Assembly: GCA_965220965.1 (NCBI GenBank)
Contig: OZ244852.1
Location: 2,112,001-2,176,000, forward strand
Direction: 5' to 3'
DNA length: 64,000 bases
From: Candidatus Marinacidobacterium sp.
GTDB lineage: Bacteria; Acidobacteriota; Vicinamibacteria; Marinacidobacterales; Marinacidobacteraceae
The notes below the pieces were generated by a model that saw only the letters and a program-made list of their open reading frames with translations, ran no database searches and was not told the origin of the DNA. The position numbers and the translations under genes were made by a program. Positions 16,296-26,200 of the stretch are shown here, piece by piece. Every line of letters starts with the position of its first letter. Within the stretch, counting starts at the first letter, position 1.

Positions 16296-19202
16296 CTAGA
16301 AGGTCAAGCGGGCGCTAAGGCCGATCGTGCGGCCCTGGATCCACTCGATCGTTTCGCGGTAGCTGCCGCCGGCAAACATCCGGAAGTTCGTCTCGGACGC
16401 GTTGTTCAGCGCGTTGAAGATGTCCACCATGAACTGAATCTCCGCGGTATCACCAAGAGCGACCGCCTTGTCCACGCGGAAGTCCAGGATGGAGACCGTG
16501 TCGGAACGACGATTGTCCAGGTTGTCGAGGAAGATCGTCTGGGTGCCGACGTTTCCGATGTTGAGCCTCAGAAGCGGGGCCCAAGGAAATCCACTGACAT
16601 GGCGCAGCGTTCCGGCCACTCCAACGTCATACGGCATGACGTAGCGAGCCGCCGCCTTGAATTGCCAGTTCGTGACAGTCTGGAGCAACGGGATGAAGCC
16701 GTACTGGTACGTCCAGCCGACTCCCACCGGGTCCGTCGTCAGAGGGCTCTGGGTCTGGCCAGGCGTGCGACCCTCGTGTCGCCACTGATAGTCGAAGTAG
16801 GCGTTCCAGAAGAAGTTGTTCCGGAAGCGCCGGTTCACGCCCAGCGAAACCGTGGTCCAGTTGAAGTCCGCTTCTCCGTCGGGGACGTTCGTCGCCAGGT
16901 TTTCGCTGGTCGGAGCGCCGTCCGGAAGGTCGTAGACCGTCAGCGTCGTTCCGGCGAGACCGTCGGGGCAGGTAGCCGGGCAGGGCACCTGCTTGGCGTT
17001 CGTCAGCGTCCCGATGCGCGCGATGTTGAGGTTGCCCCAGGCGCCGGTCTGGCGCTTGTGGACCAGCGAGGCGCGCAGGCCGAGGTCGCTGCCGACCTGG
17101 TGCTCCAACGAACCACTGATCTCGTCCACGTACGGCTGCGACGTGTTCGGGTCGACGGGGCTGCCAACGGGCGGCTGAGTGAAGTCCTCTCCCAGGCCGG
17201 CGCCAGTGCTGCCGGTGAGCCGGGCGCCCAGTTCGCTTACGCCATCAAAGAGACCGTTCTCGTTCTGGTCGAGGAAACTGTACCGAACGAACTTGTTGCC
17301 TCCGGGATTGGAGAAGTCCCAGCCGCTGTTCATGTTGTGGTAGTAGCGGCCCCAGTAGCCCTTGAAGACCGACCGGCCTTCGCCGGTCACGTCATAGGTG
17401 AAGCCGAGGCGAGGCGCCAGGTTCCACCAACTGATGACGTTGCTTTCCGCCGGGATCTCGGCGCCAGGTCCGAAGAGCTGCGGCAGCGCTCCGGCGACGT
17501 TGGCGTCGATGTCGGCGATCTCGCGAATGCAGCCCACCACGTCAGGGCAGGTTCCGCCCGGCGTGTTGTTCGACCCGAGGTAACCGATCCGCTGGCTGCC
17601 GAAGCGCACGCCGGCGTTCACGGTGAGGCGGTCCGTCAGCGTCCACACGTCCTGGAAGTAGAAGTCGATGTGGGTGTTCCGGTCATGGTTGAAGTTCGGG
17701 ACACTGTGGAACTCGATTTCGCTGACGTTGAACGGCCGCGCCGGATCCAGACCGCTGTGGTCCCGATAGCGGACGGCTCCTGAGTTGGAGTTCCAGCCAA
17801 ACTGCTCCTCGTCGATCTGCATGTCCCAGCCGAACTTGAAGTCGTGGCTTCCGCTCTCGGTAGGCAGGTAGTAGTTGAACTGGCCGGTCGTGTGCGGCTT
17901 CCAGCGATTGAAGGTGAACGGCTGCCAGCCCGCGCCGGACCACTGATCGCTGTCGAGGTCGATGCGTGGCGGGTTCGTCGCCGGGTCGACCGCCGGCGTC
18001 ATCGGCCAGCCGAACCCGAAGTGGTTCACCTGGATGTTGCTGTAGAGCCGATCGCTCCAGACCCGCTGCCACTCGGCCTTGTGGAGCCAGGACCAGGAGT
18101 CCTGGGCCAGGATCGACTCGGCCGGACGGTTCGCGGAGAGTCCACGGAACGGCTTCTGCTTCAGCGACCAGTGGTGGAAAGTGATGAACTGGTCCCGGTC
18201 AGTGAGCTGCCAGTTCACCTTGGCGGTGAACATGTCGAAGTCACCCAGATCCGTGCCGTCTTCCGCAGGCTGGCCGGAGATGATCCGGTCGATGACGAAG
18301 CGGTTGTAGGCCGCGTAGAACCACGCCTTGTCCCGTACGATCGGGCCGCCGAGATCGAGGTGGTACTCATAAAACTCGATGACCGGCGCCGAAGTGCCGC
18401 CGCGGCTCTCCAGATCCGACGTGATGTTGTCGACGATCCACGCCTCGGGCTCGTAGGCGAGGTGCTCGGTTCCGGAGAAGTCGTTTCCTCCGCTCTTCCA
18501 CACCGCGTTCACGGTCGCGCCCGGCGTGTTCGACTCGACGTCCGCGCCCTGCGCCGACACCTGGAACTCACCGATCGCGTAGAAGTCGTAGTAGCCGCCG
18601 GCTCCGCCGGTGCCCTCGGTCGTGTTCACACCATCGTTGATGATGCGGTTCTGACCGCGGACGCCGAAGGTCTCGTAGCCGGACTGCTGGCTCTTGTGGG
18701 ATCCGCCCACATCGTAGCCGCGCATCCGGACGCCGGGGCTCTGCTGCAGCACCGCCCACATGTCGGTCGCGGAGGGAACGTCCTCGAGCTGGGTCGTGTC
18801 GAACGTGGCCGACACGCCGGTTGTCTTGACGTCCACGACCGGCGATTCACCGGTCACGGTCACCGTCTCGGCGACGGTGGCGATGTCCATCGAGGCGTTG
18901 ATCTCGAACGTCGAGCCACCGACCACGGTGACATCCTCGAACACGACGGTCTGGAAGCCGCCGAGCTCGAACGTCAGGTTGTAACTCCCGCCGACGAGCT
19001 GCGCGAACCGGTAGGAACCGTCAACGTCGGTGACGGCCGTCCGGGGCGCAACGAGCTCCGCCGACTCCAGGGTGACGGTCACCCCGGGGAGGACGAGACC
19101 CTGGGCGTCGCTGGCGGCGCCTTCGAGTCGCCCGTAGATCTGCTGACTGAAGGCCGAAGCCGGCCAGGCCAGCAGCACGGTAAACAGGATGAGTTTTCTC
19201 AT
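16296..19202 (-). CDS. TonB-dependent receptor, paralog of 7201-10098
   Basis: AAGGAG RBS before MRKLILF; shared motifs ATDMWAVLQQSPG, DVGGSHKSQQS, HKAEWQRVWSDRLYSNI, GLSARLTF. Confidence 0.9.
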   Translation of the reverse strand: MRKLILFTVLLAWPASAFSQQIYGRLEGAASDAQGLVLPGVTVTLESAELVAPRTAVTDVDGSYRFAQLVGGSYNLTFELGGFQTVVFEDVTVVGGSTFEINASMDIATVAETVTVTGESPVVDVKTTGVSATFDTTQLEDVPSATDMWAVLQQSPGVRMRGYDVGGSHKSQQSGYETFGVRGQNRIINDGVNTTEGTGGAGGYYDFYAIGEFQVSAQGADVESNTPGATVNAVWKSGGNDFSGTEHLAYEPEAWIVDNITSDLESRGGTSAPVIEFYEYHLDLGGPIVRDKAWFYAAYNRFVIDRIISGQPAEDGTDLGDFDMFTAKVNWQLTDRDQFITFHHWSLKQKPFRGLSANRPAESILAQDSWSWLHKAEWQRVWSDRLYSNIQVNHFGFGWPMTPAVDPATNPPRIDLDSDQWSGAGWQPFTFNRWKPHTTGQFNYYLPTESGSHDFKFGWDMQIDEEQFGWNSNSGAVRYRDHSGLDPARPFNVSEIEFHSVPNFNHDRNTHIDFYFQDVWTLTDRLTVNAGVRFGSQRIGYLGSNNTPGGTCPDVVGCIREIADIDANVAGALPQLFGPGAEIPAESNVISWWNLAPRLGFTYDVTGEGRSVFKGYWGRYYHNMNSGWDFSNPGGNKFVRYSFLDQNENGLFDGVSELGARLTGSTGAGLGEDFTQPPVGSPVDPNTSQPYVDEISGSLEHQVGSDLGLRASLVHKRQTGAWGNLNIARIGTLTNAKQVPCPATCPDGLAGTTLTVYDLPDGAPTSENLATNVPDGEADFNWTTVSLGVNRRFRNNFFWNAYFDYQWRHEGRTPGQTQSPLTTDPVGVGWTYQYGFIPLLQTVTNWQFKAAARYVMPYDVGVAGTLRHVSGFPWAPLLRLNIGNVGTQTIFLDNLDNRRSDTVSILDFRVDKAVALGDTAEIQFMVDIFNALNNASETNFRMFAGGSYRETIEWIQGRTIGLSARLTF

Positions 19203-19688
19203 GCTTGCTGATGCTCCTTTGAGCGATGAGGAAAGTGGATCGCCGGTCCCCCGGGCGAGACGCCCCAGGAACCGGATCGATGGGTGATCCGCTTCAGGCA
19301 GCAACGTCCGGACCAAGCCGATGCGGGCGCTGCCGAAGAGTGATCACGCCTTCCAAGTCGTTGATTTCCCGCGATTTGTCCGGACCGCCGATCCGATGGC
19401 TCCTCAGGAAACCCTTGGGAACTTCGGTTTTTTGAACCCGGACCGCGTAGTATCTTGAATTCCGCGGGCTCGAGTCAACCGGCTGTGCAGGCCCATCCCG
19501 TTTGGCGGTCGGGGCGGCGTCCGGGCCGGGATGGGGGCGGCGCCGTGGGGGCCCCGGCGCCGTCCCGCGGGCGTGGAGGCGTCGGAGGGCTGCGATAGGC
19601 CGTTCGCGGGGCCCATCCGAACGGGGTGGGGCCGGCCCGGAAGTCCGGCCCGGCCCCAATGCCGGAGCAGACTGGACTTCCCGACCCC

Positions 19689-21095
19689 TCAGAAAGTGTC
19701 GGGGCGGCGGCGGGGGAGGACGACGGTGGGGCGCGTCGTCTCCAGGTGGATGACCACGTCGAAGTGGTCGGCGAGCGGCCGCTCCCACCAGTACCGGTCC
19801 GAGAGGTCCGCGTTGAAGCAGGCTCCGATGCTGCGCATCTGCCGGGAGCCCGCGAGCCAGGTCGTTGCCGGGTTCTCCGGATTCCGGCCCCTCAGGTCCA
19901 GCACGAAGCGCGGCGCCGCCGCCGTGGAGAAGTAGTGCTCGTAGGAGCCCTCGACCACCGGATCCAGATCCCAGGCGCCAAGCGCGCCGCAACCGCCGTC
20001 CTCGAACTGCCGAGCCGCCGTGACCCGGCCCTGCTCATGGGTGAACCCCACGATCACCATGTCGGCCCCGTACTCCTTCCGCAGGTGGAAACCCTGGGCT
20101 CCGGCCGGACCATACTCACGCAGATTGGCGACATGGTTGTTGTGGGCCCACAGCACCATGCGGCTGCCGGGACCCTGCTGGCGATGGATCCAGGCGGTGT
20201 TCTCGGCCATCGACTCGTCCCGGCTCTGGAGTCCTGACGTCATGAGGTGAAACTGGAACGCGACCCGGAGACTCTGCAGCGCGACATCGAACGCCTCCCG
20301 GCCACGCACAGCGACGTAGGCCGCCTCGTTCGACTCGAGAACGGACCGCACACCGTCCAGCGACACCCCGCAGTCGGTGCGGTAGGTGTCCACGAGTTCG
20401 CCGTAGCGGGGGCTCGGGGCGATTCCGTCCGGGCCGTTGGCATAGCGATCCAGACACTCCATCCCCTCGGTGACCTCGTCGAGGCGCGACGGGTCCACGG
20501 ACGCAACGTACTCGCGGACGTTGTGGAGAGCCATCCCGGGGAACTGCATGTCGAACCCGTGGAACCCGATGTCCCCGCCGGCCTCGTTGTGGTCCCGCAT
20601 CCACTCAATCATCTCGAGGACCGATTCGGTGTTCCAGGTCCAGAAATAGAGCGCGGAGAGGAGCACCTCCGGGTCGCCCTCTCCCGTCCGGACGTAGTGA
20701 TCCAAGCGCCGCGACTCGGGCCAGGTCGCCTCGATGGCGAACGTGTCGAACCCCATCTCCTCGACCAGGAACCGGAGGATCCGGGCCTTCATCTCGAAGA
20801 AGTCGCGCGTGCCGTGCGTTCCGTCGCCGAGCGAGACGACGGTGGCGTCGCCAACGACATCGCGCAGAAACTCGAGGTCGTCATGCGGCAGGGACAGGTG
20901 GACGCCCTCCAGGGGGTGGGCGTTCGCGTCGATCCACTCGGTCGCGACCGCCGGTACTTCGTAGACCACGGGCAGGGGAGGCGGGACCATGAAGTCGGGC
21001 CCGTCGCCGCAGCCAGCGAACGCCAGGAGCGCAACGCCGAACGCTGTCGCCGACGCTCGCTTCGGACCGAGGCATCGGGAGTGTGTCTCTCTCAT
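19689..21095 (-). CDS. Erythromycin esterase family protein (probable lipoprotein)
   Basis: LGDGTHGTRDFF, FAIEA, RDESMAEN, LWAHNNHV; lipobox FAGC. Confidence 0.85.
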   Translation of the reverse strand: MRETHSRCLGPKRASATAFGVALLAFAGCGDGPDFMVPPPLPVVYEVPAVATEWIDANAHPLEGVHLSLPHDDLEFLRDVVGDATVVSLGDGTHGTRDFFEMKARILRFLVEEMGFDTFAIEATWPESRRLDHYVRTGEGDPEVLLSALYFWTWNTESVLEMIEWMRDHNEAGGDIGFHGFDMQFPGMALHNVREYVASVDPSRLDEVTEGMECLDRYANGPDGIAPSPRYGELVDTYRTDCGVSLDGVRSVLESNEAAYVAVRGREAFDVALQSLRVAFQFHLMTSGLQSRDESMAENTAWIHRQQGPGSRMVLWAHNNHVANLREYGPAGAQGFHLRKEYGADMVIVGFTHEQGRVTAARQFEDGGCGALGAWDLDPVVEGSYEHYFSTAAAPRFVLDLRGRNPENPATTWLAGSRQMRSIGACFNADLSDRYWWERPLADHFDVVIHLETTRPTVVLPRRRPDTF

Positions 21096-21292
21096 CCGGG
21101 CAGCTCGGGAGACGCCGTCTTCACGCCCGAGCGCAGCTGGGAGTGTATGAAGGCGACGGGCAACCCCGCCATCGACCTCTCCGCAAGCCCGGCCACAAGC
21201 TCCGTTACGTCTTCCGGCCACCGTTGCGAAAGATCGGACGCCAGCAGGGTCTGTGGACAGCTCCGCACAAGTTCGGACACATCAACATATAC

Positions 21293-21309
21293 TGAGTGAT
21301 TATCACTCA
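21293..21309. promoter_or_regulatory. Perfect palindrome, probable operator
   Basis: TGAGTGAT-T-ATCACTCA just upstream of ATG 21314. Confidence 0.6.
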
Positions 21310-21313
21310 CCAT

Positions 21314-22537
21314 ATGTCGGATCACCCGCTTCCCCGACTTGCGGCCGGTCCCCTCGCGACCCATCTGGCGGAGGCTCCGGTCGTCGTCGTCACCGGCGCC
21401 CGTCAGACCGGCAAGACGACGCTGGTGCGGGAGCTCATGCCGGAGGGCCGGCAGTACTTCACCTTCGACGATCTGGACGCCGTGGAAGCGGCGCAACGGG
21501 ATCCGGGCCAGCTCCTGCGCGCTGCCGAGGCCGTGACGCTGGACGAGGTCCAGCGCTACCCCGAGGTCCTCTCGGCGGTGAAGCGCATCGTGGACGACTC
21601 GCGCCGGCCCGGTCGCTTCCTGCTGACCGGCTCCGCCAACCTGCTCCTCATGCGCCGCGTCTCTGAAACGCTGGCCGGGCGCGCCGCCTGGCTGAACCTC
21701 TGGCCCATGACCCGCAGCGAGCAGCTCGGGAAGGGTCGTTGTGGGCTGTGGGGTGACCTGTTGGCGGCGCCCCCATCCGACTGGCCGGAGGCGCTCGCCT
21801 CGCGGCCTGATGAGCCGGAGGACTGGAAGGAGCTCGCGCGGCGCGGCGGGTTCCCGGTCCCGGCGCTCACGCGCCGAGCGGAGGCCTCCCGCTGGCGGTG
21901 GTTCGACGGCTACGTGCGGACCTATCTGGAGCGGGATCTGCAGACCCAGGCGCGCATCACCGCGCTCCCCGACTTCCGCCGGGTCATGCGGACGGCGGCG
22001 GCGCGTCTCGGCGGACTCGTGAATCAGACGGAAATCGGCCGCGACGCCGCGCTTCCGCAACAGACGGTGGGCCGTTACCTGAACCTGCTGGAGGTCTCCT
22101 GCCTCCTGGTTCGGCTGCCCGCCTACGCGGTCAACCGCACGAAACGGATCATCAAGGCGCCCAAACTCTACTGGGCGGACACCGGGCTGGCGCTCCATCT
22201 GGCGGGCGACCCGAAACCGGAGGGAGCGCATCTCGAGAACCTCGTGCTCCACGACCTGCTGGTCTTTCGCGACAGCCGCTTCGGGCGGACCGGGGTCTTC
22301 CACTGGCGCACGGCGCAGGGCGCCGAAGTGGACTTCGTGGTCGAGGCGGGAGATCAGCTCCTGCCGGTCGAGGTCAAGGCGACGCGGAGGCCGCGACTCC
22401 GCGACGCCCGACACCTGTTGACGTTCGCCGGCGAGTACGGGGCGGCTGTTCCGGCTGGTCTGCTTCTCCACACCGGAGACGAGACCGGATGGATCGCGCC
22501 CGGCGTGCTGGCCGCGCCCTGGTGGCGGGTCCTGTAG
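21314..22537 (+). CDS. AAA ATPase with DUF4143 / nuclease-like C-terminus
   Basis: GARQTGKTT, LDEVQ, LLTGS, ETLAGR, KAPKLYWADTGL, EVDFV...EVK. Confidence 0.9.
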   Translation: MSDHPLPRLAAGPLATHLAEAPVVVVTGARQTGKTTLVRELMPEGRQYFTFDDLDAVEAAQRDPGQLLRAAEAVTLDEVQRYPEVLSAVKRIVDDSRRPGRFLLTGSANLLLMRRVSETLAGRAAWLNLWPMTRSEQLGKGRCGLWGDLLAAPPSDWPEALASRPDEPEDWKELARRGGFPVPALTRRAEASRWRWFDGYVRTYLERDLQTQARITALPDFRRVMRTAAARLGGLVNQTEIGRDAALPQQTVGRYLNLLEVSCLLVRLPAYAVNRTKRIIKAPKLYWADTGLALHLAGDPKPEGAHLENLVLHDLLVFRDSRFGRTGVFHWRTAQGAEVDFVVEAGDQLLPVEVKATRRPRLRDARHLLTFAGEYGAAVPAGLLLHTGDETGWIAPGVLAAPWWRVL

Positions 22538-22629
22538 CCGACCCACAGCGAAAGGAACCTCGCCCCGGACGGTTCCGTCCCTGGTCGCGCGGAGGACCGG
22601 CGCGGGGCGGCCCATAGACTTCTCCGGCC

Positions 22630-23976
22630 GTGGAAGCTCCCCTGCCCTTCCGGACCGCCGGCTCGGCGCTCGCCGCGAACCCGCTCCGGACGGCTCTGGC
22701 GCTGACCGGGCTGGTCATCGGGGTGGCGTCGGTCATCACGATGGCGGCGCTCGGGACCGGCGCGCGGGCGGCCGTCGCCGACGATGTGCGCTCGGCGGGC
22801 ACGAACATCATCGTGGTCCGCGCCGGGAACTACATCCGCGGCGGCGACGCCGTGAACATCCCCTCGGGGTTCGGGCGGGCCGACACGCTCACCGTGGGCG
22901 ACGCCGAAGCCCTCCGCGGGATCGCCGACGTGGCGAGAGTCAGTCCGGTCGTGGAGGACCGGGCGGCGGTCGCCTCGCGGTTCGGAAGCGGCTTCGCCCC
23001 GGTGCACGGCATCTCGGAAGACGGGGCGGTGATCCATCAGGTCCGCTTCCTCGACGGCGAGAACTTTTCGGCCGGGGATGTGACGGGCCGGCGTCCGGTG
23101 GCGCTGCTTTCCGGTCCGGCGGAGCAGGATGTGTTCCCCGGCGGGTCGGGGGTGGGGGAGACCGTCGTGATCCGGGACACCGAGTTCGAGGTCGTGGGCG
23201 TTTACCAGTCGGCCGACCGGAGACTCGCCGAGGCGGTCCTCGTTCCCTACACGGTGCTCCAGCCGCTGGTCGGACGCGACTACCTCCAGGCGATCGTGAT
23301 CTCCACCGAACGGGCGGGGGACGCTTCGCGGGTGGCGCGTGACGTGACGAACGTCCTGCGGGAGCGGCACGAACTGACCCGGGCGGCGCCGCCCGCCGAA
23401 TCCGCCGCGCCGCATGCCTTCCGGCGCGGGACGCGCCTCCCGGATGACTTCGTGGTCCGCACTCAGGCCACCGCGGCGCTGACCCAGGGGCTCTACACGA
23501 CCGCCGCGGCCTTCGTGCTGGCCTCGATGCCGAAGCTGGATGAAGTGACCTCGGAGGAGATGGTCGGCACCCTGAACCGCGCCACGTCCACGATGACGCT
23601 GCTGCTGGGAGCGCTCGCCGGAGTCTCGCTCATGGTCGGGGGAGTCGGCATCATGAACGTCATGCTGCTGGCGGTGACCGAACGGACCCGCGAGATCGGG
23701 CTCCGGCTCGCGGTGGGCGCGCGCCGCCGCGACGTGCTGTGGCAGTTCCTCGCCGAGGCCGTCGGGCTCGCCATCCTCGGCGGGCTCTTCGGCGTCGCGC
23801 TCGGCGGGGTGTCGTCCGCGGTCGTGGAGGGCCTCTTCGGCTGGCGGACGGTCATCCCGCCGGAGGCGCTCGCCGCCGGCGCGGCGCTCGCGCTCGGGGT
23901 GGGGGTTTTCTTCGGGTGGTACCCGGCGCGCCGGGCCTCGCGGCTCGACCCGATCGTGTCGCTCCGCTCGGAGTAG
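22630..23976 (+). CDS. ABC transporter permease, MacB/FtsX family
   Basis: GGVGIMNVMLLAVTERTREIGLRLAVGA, YPARRASRLDP. Confidence 0.9.
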   Translation: MEAPLPFRTAGSALAANPLRTALALTGLVIGVASVITMAALGTGARAAVADDVRSAGTNIIVVRAGNYIRGGDAVNIPSGFGRADTLTVGDAEALRGIADVARVSPVVEDRAAVASRFGSGFAPVHGISEDGAVIHQVRFLDGENFSAGDVTGRRPVALLSGPAEQDVFPGGSGVGETVVIRDTEFEVVGVYQSADRRLAEAVLVPYTVLQPLVGRDYLQAIVISTERAGDASRVARDVTNVLRERHELTRAAPPAESAAPHAFRRGTRLPDDFVVRTQATAALTQGLYTTAAAFVLASMPKLDEVTSEEMVGTLNRATSTMTLLLGALAGVSLMVGGVGIMNVMLLAVTERTREIGLRLAVGARRRDVLWQFLAEAVGLAILGGLFGVALGGVSSAVVEGLFGWRTVIPPEALAAGAALALGVGVFFGWYPARRASRLDPIVSLRSE

Positions 23977-23994
23977 GAGAGGTCGGCCCCCGCG

Positions 23995-24384
23995 TCAGAT
24001 CCCGGCGCGCGCCAGGCGGGAGCGCCCCGTTCCCGACCCGCCGCCCGCGGCGACTTCGAGCGCAGCCTCCCGGGACTCGCAGATCGCGATGATCTGATCG
24101 AAACCGCTGATCCGGAACACTTCTTCGACGTGCGCCTTCATCGAGCACAGGACGAGCGATCCGCCGCTCTCCTCGAGCGCCCTCGCCGCCATCAGGAGGA
24201 CCCGCATCCCCGCGCTGCTGATGAAGTCGAGGCCGCTGAAGTCCACCACCAGCCGCTTCTCGCCGCCGCCCACCTGCTCCATGACGACAGTTTCGAAGGG
24301 GCGGCTGCTACCGCTGTCGAGCCGTCCGGTCGGGGACAGCACGAGCGTGTCTCCGCTGCGCTCCTGGGTGACTTCCATGCTCAT
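23995..24384 (-). CDS. STAS-domain anti-sigma factor antagonist
   Basis: GRLD, VVDFSGLDFISSAGMRVL, VFRISGF. Confidence 0.9.
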   Translation of the reverse strand: MSMEVTQERSGDTLVLSPTGRLDSGSSRPFETVVMEQVGGGEKRLVVDFSGLDFISSAGMRVLLMAARALEESGGSLVLCSMKAHVEEVFRISGFDQIIAICESREAALEVAAGGGSGTGRSRLARAGI

Positions 24385-24561
24385 CGACTGCGTTCCTCCG
24401 GTCCGAAGGCCGGCGCGACCGGAGGAGACTCCGGGGGCGGCGGGAGGCGGACCTGGTGGCGCATCGTACCCGCCCCGCGCAGGAGCCCCTTCTTCGGATC
24501 ACCCCCGAAGCGCTGGTGAGGCGCACAACTTCGCCGTGATGGCGTCACGGAGTCCAACATC

Positions 24562-25905
24562 ATGCTCATGACCGATCAACGCAGCTACCTGGAAGCGACG
24601 CTTCCGTTCGAGGGGGATCCCCTGTCGCTGGCGACCCGGGTCGCGCGCTCGGCCGACAAGGGCGACTACGTGCTCTACGAGCACCAGGGCGAGTGGGCCG
24701 TGGGCATGGGGATGGAGGGCCGGGTGACGGCGTATCCGACCCGGATCGTGGTGAACTGGAACGGAGGGGAGCGGGTCCTCAGCCCGGGCGATGACCTGAG
24801 CCGGTCGATCCACGAAGCGCTCGGCGAGCTGCCGGTCGAGAACTGGCGCGCCTACGGGACGGCCACCTTCGAGTTGTCCCGGCTGAACTACGGGCTGCCG
24901 GTCCCGGAGGACGAGCCACTGCTGAAGCTGTTCCTTCCGCGCGAGGAAGTCCGGATCGAGGGGTCGGCGGTCCTGCTGCGGGCGCTGGAGGCGGAGGGAC
25001 TCGCAGCGCTCAGGGCGCGGGTGGAGGAGCTGATGCGCCAGGAGGACGCCGCCGAGCCGGCGGCGCCGATGGCGCTCGACCACGAGATCGCGACCCATGA
25101 CGCCGATCCCTACAAGCGGGGCGTCGCCGCGGCGCTGAAGGAGATCCACGCGCAGCAGTACCGGAAGGTGATCCTGTCGCGCCAGATCCCGCTCTCCGGG
25201 TCGCTCGACATGACGGCCAGCTACGTGGCCGGACGCCGGGCCAACACCCCGGCGCGGTCCTACGTGCTGCGGCTCGACGGCCTGGAGGCGGCGGGGTTCA
25301 GTCCGGAGACGGTCGCCGAGGTCACCAGCGGACGCGAGGTCTTCACGACCCCGCTCGCCGGCACCCGGTCGACCGGCGAAGGCATCATGGACGAGCTGCG
25401 GCTCCGCGAGGAACTGCTGAGCGACTCCAAGGAGATCGCCGAACACGCCATTTCGGTCTACGTCGGGTTCGACGAGATGACGATGGCGTGCGATCCGGCG
25501 AGCGTCTCGGTGATCAACTTCATGCTCGTCTCGCGGCGCGGCGCGGTCCAGCACCTGGCCTCCCGCCTCAAGGGCCGGCTGCTCGATGTCTGCAACCCGT
25601 GGCACGCCTTCAACGCGCTCTTCCCCGCGGTCACGGCCTCGGGCGTTCCCAAGCTCGAGTCGGTGGACGCCATCGGGCGGCTCGAGGCGAAGCCGCGCGG
25701 CCTCTACGCCGGCTGCGTGATGATCTGCGAGGAGGCCGGCAAGCTCGACGCCGCGCTCGTGCTGCGCAGCTTCTACCAGCGCGACGGCAAGGCGTGGCTC
25801 CAGGCGGGCGCCGGGATCATGAACATGTCGAGGCCGGAGCGCGAGCTGGAGGAGACCCGGGAGAAGCTCAGCAGCTTCTCGCGCTATCTGGTCGCGGCGG
25901 ACTGA
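24562..25905 (+). CDS. Salicylate synthase (Irp9/MbtI-like MST enzyme)
   Basis: KVILSR, GRRANTPARS, FSPE, PLAGTR, KEIAEHAIS, VQHLAS, LFPAVTASGVPK, LQAGAGI, RELEETREKL. Confidence 0.85.
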   Translation: MLMTDQRSYLEATLPFEGDPLSLATRVARSADKGDYVLYEHQGEWAVGMGMEGRVTAYPTRIVVNWNGGERVLSPGDDLSRSIHEALGELPVENWRAYGTATFELSRLNYGLPVPEDEPLLKLFLPREEVRIEGSAVLLRALEAEGLAALRARVEELMRQEDAAEPAAPMALDHEIATHDADPYKRGVAAALKEIHAQQYRKVILSRQIPLSGSLDMTASYVAGRRANTPARSYVLRLDGLEAAGFSPETVAEVTSGREVFTTPLAGTRSTGEGIMDELRLREELLSDSKEIAEHAISVYVGFDEMTMACDPASVSVINFMLVSRRGAVQHLASRLKGRLLDVCNPWHAFNALFPAVTASGVPKLESVDAIGRLEAKPRGLYAGCVMICEEAGKLDAALVLRSFYQRDGKAWLQAGAGIMNMSRPERELEETREKLSSFSRYLVAAD

Positions 25906-26200
25906 CGCGGAGGCGGCGCGAGACGACGCGCCGCGGTTCGCGGAGAGGGCCCACTTCCGGCGCCTTCACGCGAGCGCCCTCACTTGCGGCCGGGCCGGGG
26001 AAGCTTCAGCTCGTCGAACATCCACAGCAGATCCAGCGGCCGGCGTCCCTCGTGACGCGCGGCCCGGAGTTCGGCGTTCCCGCCCCGCGCAAGGGTGAGC
26101 GATCGAGTCGCATGACCGGCGGGGAACGCTCCCCGGCGGAGTGTAGGCGGCCACCCGCGCGGCGAACGGCGCCCCGGTGACGAACGGGGCGCGGCGCGAA

